A stretch of 64,000 nt of DNA, taken from Anthoceros angustus (Eukaryota; Plantae; Anthocerotophyta). The notes below the pieces were generated by a model. The model saw only the letters and a list, made by a program, of their open reading frames with translations, did not search any database and was not told the DNA's origin. Numbering within the stretch: position 1 is the stretch's first letter; every line of letters starts with the position of its first letter. Positions 58,901 to 64,000 of the stretch are shown here, piece after piece. Made by a program: the position numbers and the translations under genes. The stretch covers positions 735,370-799,369 of the forward strand of contig MU008175.1 in the NCBI GenBank assembly GCA_010909165.1. The letters are read 5' to 3'.

Positions 58901-61900
58901 GCAACCTGCTGCTGAACTTTTTCCCCTCAAAAGTTTGGTCCTTCCTTTCCCTTTCTAATCTGACTTCTCGTATCTGGCAGGGTCTTTGACTATCAGCTCG
59001 GGAGCTCTTTGATCTCTCTCTTATTTCATCATCGCTTGAATCAGATAGAATTATGAAGATAGCATCACGGCCAGCAGATTTCACTACTGGACTCTCAAGA
59101 TCCCTTTCTGCTTTCACAGACAGTAAGGATGAGGAAGTTCGCTTGCCATTTCCAACTTTGGGCCCAGCTTGATAGCGTCCCTTAGTGTGAGTCCCCCTGT
59201 GCAAAGCCTTCTGTCTGGCCCTCTTTTCACTACACGCACTGTCCAGGATGTGTGATCTCGAGTTGGGCGTTCTGTCAGCACCATCCAGACCCACATCCAG
59301 CTTATTTTTCTTCCCCACCCTCTTTTCACTGCCTTTACTGGTTAGGATGTGTGATCTGGAGTTGGATGTCCTTTGGACACCATCCAGATCTACATCCAGC
59401 TTACTGTTCCTTCGCGCCCTCTTTTCGACACTTGTGTTGTTCACATTGTGTGATCTGGAGTTGGGCGCTCTTTCAGCACCATCCAAATCTACGTCCACGT
59501 TACTGTTCCTTCGTATCCTCTGGTCATTAGATGTTCTGTCCGGCATGTGCGATCGGGTGTTGGGCATTCTTTCCACACCATGGCCATGCACTTCGAGTTT
59601 ACTGTTCCTTTGTTCTGCTATCTCCCCAAACGCAGCTGATGACATACTCATATCATCACATGTAGTTCTCAGTTGACCATTGTCCTCAAGACACACTTTC
59701 CCCGGCATGCCTCTCGTGAGCTTGAGCAGGATGGATGGTTGAATGGAAAACCTGTCAGAGCTGAGATCTAATTTATCGTGTGCACTATGCGCACTTTCCT
59801 CACAATGCACATCCCGAGATGAAATCGCTTGTGCAGAGCCTTCATCTGAAGTTGTCAAATCTGCCTTCACCCCAACCCCACCAACTAAAACGAATCTGCT
59901 ATTCTGCACCTGTGTTTCATCTGCTGAGGTGTTCGTCTCCTCAACTTTTATAGTTTCAACACAACAATCGGTTGAAGGTGCTTGTCCCAGTACTGCTGCA
60001 GTATCCTGATCTTCACATCTTTGGCTACATATGTCCACCTCACCATTCAGTCCAAAGTCTTGTGGAGGTGTACAGTTATTGCCACCAATATGGATAGCAC
60101 TGAACTGATTCTCCTCACCTACACATGGCCTCCAGGCTCCAGGAGATTCAGTGGCACAGGTGACTTCCACATCAAAAAGCCTGCATGGGCCACTGCTCGT
60201 TATATCAACTTGACTCACAGCTGCCTCCAGATTAGCAGAATCTCTTTTCCTTTTTTGTGAACTCTGGCAACTGCTTCCACCTTCAATGACTGGCAAGTTC
60301 ATCTCTTGCTGGAAACCAGTTTGTCCCCTTTCATCTGGATGAAGACAATCAACAACACATCCCTCACAAGCATCTAGAACATGTCGTTCGGGCATCGCAT
60401 AAGGCTTCCACCCATCACAAGCATTTCGGAAGCTCCTAAGGAGGGTACCAATTGGAAACTCAGAACCGTGATGCATCCCAACATCCGCATCAGGGAATGC
60501 AGCACTACATCGAGGACTTCCAACATTCCCAAATCCAACATTCCCCATCAACGGGCCCACTAGCTTTGTCAGCCAACCATCAGAAGACAACACCATTTGC
60601 TTCTCAGTGCCTTGCAACACTTCGGCTGACCTTTTTCTCAAGCTTTGGCTGGAATGCAAACCACAGGCTGCTGATGTCTGCCAACCTTCATCTGGCTTAG
60701 AAGGAAACGCTTGAATGTGGGCGCCCACAACAGTATTGGCAGAGTGTGATGATTCTACAGGTACTGTTACATAGCCTTGCTCTTGAGAACCCCTTGTGTT
60801 CACGGCTGAATTTGCATCCGACATCCCACCTGTGTCTTCCATGACGTCTTCCCCCCCCGAATTTGAATCGGGCCTCAAGAAAGGACCAACTGAAGGTAAG
60901 TTTGCATCATCCTGTACCACCAGCACACATGCATCTTCTTCTGTCACATGGGCGTCTGTTGCTCCTCGCTCTGTGTAAGAACTCTTCAGTTGCTGACTTG
61001 ATCCCCCTCCATCAAGAAGACTTGGACTCGACATCATCAAGCCTGCACAAAGCGAGAACTGGGAAGCTTCTACTAACACCCCACCGGATGAAATTCCGGT
61101 GATGACCGAAAGTTCGGCAGACCAGTTTGTCAGTCTGCGTACTCTAAGCTTCCAGCCAACCTCAGTGTGCAGCTCTTGGTCCAAGCCAAACATGCACCTC
61201 AAGGATCTACACAGCGGTAGCACATTACTGGTCGTCATGGCCGTGCATTGATCCTTGCAGGGGGCAGAGGCAAGAACGAGGCTCTGACCATAAAACCCCG
61301 CAGGCTCAAGCCGAGAACAAGAAGAACCTTCCGACCCTAGGGCACAATCATCCTCAACATGCTCTCCATCTGCACACCAATGTCCTGCATTGTCCCCAAC
61401 ACTGCCATCTCCCGTCCCAATCCGGTGCTCAGAACTAGATAAATCAGGAGTCAACCGACTAGCCCGAACGGCCGCTTGACGAACAATATTCAAAACTGCC
61501 AAAACACGCTGCATGTAAGATTTCTTGAGCACACAAACTGCGGCCGGCGAGGAAAGAACAGCACAGACACACGCTCGCATGACCCTGCCAAAACAAAATC
61601 ACTCCAACCTGTCTCTTCTCCTTGCGCGCGCGTATCTCTACCCGCGTCCGCCTCCACACACGACCGACCCACGTCCCGCAGCTGCTCCTTCCGCGGAACC
61701 AACGACACAGCCATGTCCCACTCACTCCGACAATCCAGCCTTGCCCCGCCGGCGCGTGCGTCCGACTGCGCGGCATCCAATCCAGCGGGCAATTCGCACG
61801 CCTGGCGGTACATCAGCCACGGCTGGTCGCTCCTCATGAAGGCGGAGAAGCTGTCAGTGAGGCGGCGCTTGAATTGGCGGAAGCCATCATCGTGTTGGAG

Positions 61901-62200
61901 TTGGTCTTGGCCCGCACACTCCGCGCCGGTCCGCTTGGCCGCATCCCTGACCTCCTCCTCCACCCACCGCTCCATTTCCTCCCAATTCCGCTTGGACCCC
62001 ACGCTGTCAGCTTCTTGCCGCGCGACCCCTGCGCCGGCCCTGCTGCGGGTCACCTCTGCGCCATCGCCTCCGGCGCCTCCCCCAGCTGGCGTCGTCGTGG
62101 CGGGAGGCCCAGTCTGATCGCGAGGCCGCCATGCGAGCAGATTGCGCAGCCTCCGGTTGCAGGCATATTGCGGGGCAGCGCCGGAGGCGTAGACGCACAT
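55927..62200 (-). CDS. Histone-lysine N-methyltransferase with extended PHD (zf-HC5HC2H), pre-SET, SET and post-SET domains (multi-exon; 5' end uncertain)
   Basis: ePHD: TCDLCG...YVHRMCAIWSAE|V...AVKRG..[28 protein letters not shown]. Pre-SET: CIDLSDGQEGVPIPCTNDVD...CHECNVRCKCGPSMCKNRVLQNG. SET: FKTTNRGWGVRT, NVARFVNHS|CDGNL and ELCYDY. Post-SET: CRCGASNCRKVL. A large low-complexity exon spans ~58730-61500. Confidence 0.82.
59215..59615 (-). repeat. Coding tandem repeat, ~33 aa x 4 (RRNSKLDVDLDGxxRxPNSRSH...)
   Basis: Four copies with a 99-nt period are visible in the 973-aa ORF. Confidence 0.9.
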
Positions 62201-64000
62201 CTAGCTGCGAGAATGGTCCATGGAGTCCGATCCCGCGAGAGGCAATTCCGGTCCGCCTGCGCGCGCTGCAGCTGCGAGAACGCGCGCAGGGCATGGAAAG
62301 GCAGAGGGCGGGGCGGGAAGGGAGGGGGAGGCGAAGGGAACGTGGAGACACAAAACGGGCAGCAGCCAAGGCAGAAACATGCAGGCCCGGGACTCCGTCC
62401 CGACGCCCCGCGCCCCCGTTTCCCCCCTCGATTCGGTTGAGTTGGAGCGAGAAGGCAATCGATTTTATGATGCCGTCCCGTACGCCTTGTGAAAAAGTCG
62501 CCATCGGATGCAGTTTGCAGCCTGCAGGACCCAGGACAGGGAGGACGATCATCATTCTACAAAATCGCCGGCAACCGAGAGGGGACCGTCGCGGCGGCGG
62601 CCCCGCTCCACCTCCCCGTCCTTTATTGCCCGCCCGTCTCGTTTGAAGTTTGAGAGGCGGGCTAGGGGCTAGAGGCTGGAGGCTAGGCTACGCGTGTGTA
62701 CATACATGCGGTATGTCAAGTGGACTCTAATAGACTTCTTTTCTTCTAGTTAGGCAGGGATTTTTATGTACCCATGTACATATTGTTCTTTTTCAAGCTT
62801 CGACACCATATGGCTCCTGCCGTGTGCTATTGGCCCCTTGTTCGCTTTACTCATTCAAATCGGACCGTGGAGACTTTATGTAAGAAAAGAGATGGAAAAA
62901 CCCATCTACCCTCAAGGAAAAGGGGAACAACCCAACCAAGGGCACCATGTCAGGGGGACTAAACCCCTCATTCAAATCCGTTGTGCAAATGCCAGGCCCA
63001 CATGAGAGAGATGTTGGCTTTATGCCGGGCCCACATGAGAGAGATGAGTGCATTGTCTTCTTGGAGCGAGCTGAGAGCCCCACAAATCAAGCTACTCCCT
63101 TTTATTGAGAGGGTCCTTCAAAGGGTTTCTTACATCGACGGTGGTTTGTCCAACATACTTCGCCTTTTTGAGGCCCCTCTTGGATCAATCCAGCTTCAAA
63201 CCATACAATGGAGCTTGATCGTAGATACTCAAGGACATTCGAATACGTTTTCTCAACCTTTTAGATTGTGCTATCGAGCTTAAAAATGAGATTCGCCAAC
63301 TTGACAACAATCAGTGCGACATCATCGTGCAATTTATGCATTGTTATGCCCAGCATCGCCAAAGAGTAAACCCATCCTGCATTCGAAAGAGAGTCAATAA
63401 GCCTGACCATGTAGATGTTCACCCCTGTCCCAATCTTGGCCCCTGGATCCTATCGTTGTACGGTGCGTTCGTAGAGGTACTAATAGATTGTGTCATTGAA
63501 CAGATGGATTAACCCACAAGAAATTTTAGGACAAAGATTAGACTTATCAAAAGCATCTTGGGATCGATATGGTTTCAACAATGGAATCCCTCTTTTAAGC
63601 TACTTCACAGAAAAAACATAATGTTTAACAAATCTCCGGTCCCCTCAATCTATATTTCCGTGTATTGAGGGGACCCGAGACCTATTATTAATTTTGTAAT
63701 GTAGCTTCACTAAGGGATAGTATAAGGAGCTACTAGCACTGTGGACTTTGTGCGACAACTTGTTTCCGAACAACAATGCGATTGAACCTTGTAAAAAAAA
63801 AAGAAAAGCCTACAAAAGAAGAATGAAAAAGATTAGAATCAACCAAAAAGATAGCATCAATTTTGCAGGACAGCAAATCAACCTTGGAATTAAAAAACCT
63901 TACATTTCAGAATACAATCTCTTCCCGTCTCTGACTTGATAGAAGAACTTGATCAGCACCATATTAAGATCCTTCAGTGAAATGTCCTTCACGGGCATGT

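Noticed and set aside
42963-62200. Six consecutive minus-strand genes suggesting an operon-like unit
   Set aside because: The functions are unrelated, spacing leaves room for individual promoters (one has a candidate TATA box), and such runs occur by chance.
63100-63520. Coding-like fragment (LHDDVALIVVKL) on the minus strand
   Set aside because: It is interrupted by stops and too short to assign, so it is probably a decayed gene or transposon fragment.

Overview
This is a compact, gene-dense piece of eukaryotic nuclear DNA from a seed-free land plant. A hornwort (Anthoceros-like) is the most likely source. That is an inference from the short GT-AG introns, the GC-rich exons and a GRP-ending DYW:KP PPR protein, a class known from hornworts, ferns and some lycophytes. 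Host genes in order: intronless MSI4/FVE-like WD40 (+), kelch nitrile-specifier-like (-), TM9SF/TMN1 (-), a spliced nuclear CysA-like sulfate ABC ATPase with transit peptide (+), a PLS-PPR with DYW:KP/GRP domain and an N-terminal OSB-type PDF motif (-), a second PLS-PPR with a 624/625-bp internal duplication and a degenerate WW-type DYW (-), an intronless LRR-VI pseudokinase (-), RAD1 (+), NAD kinase 1 (+), TRAUCO/ASH2 (-), a cyanobacterial-type PAP/fibrillin (-), a senescence/spartin protein (-), a secreted Glu/Lys polyampholyte (-), a 706-aa orphan ORF (-) and an ePHD + pre-SET/SET/post-SET methyltransferase (-). A nested transposon island occupies about 6.9-18.7 kb. It consists of a CRE-like non-LTR remnant, a Ty1/copia element with 200-bp LTRs, and a 2.2-kb TIR element inserted in the copia integrase. 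A foldback/TIR family sits about 150 bp upstream of two genes. The strongest novelty candidates are the PDF-PPR-DYW:KP fusion, the nuclear CysA, the cyanobacterial-type fibrillin and the ePHD-SUV39-type SET architecture. All family assignments come from motif recognition without database searches, and exon boundaries are approximate unless stated.
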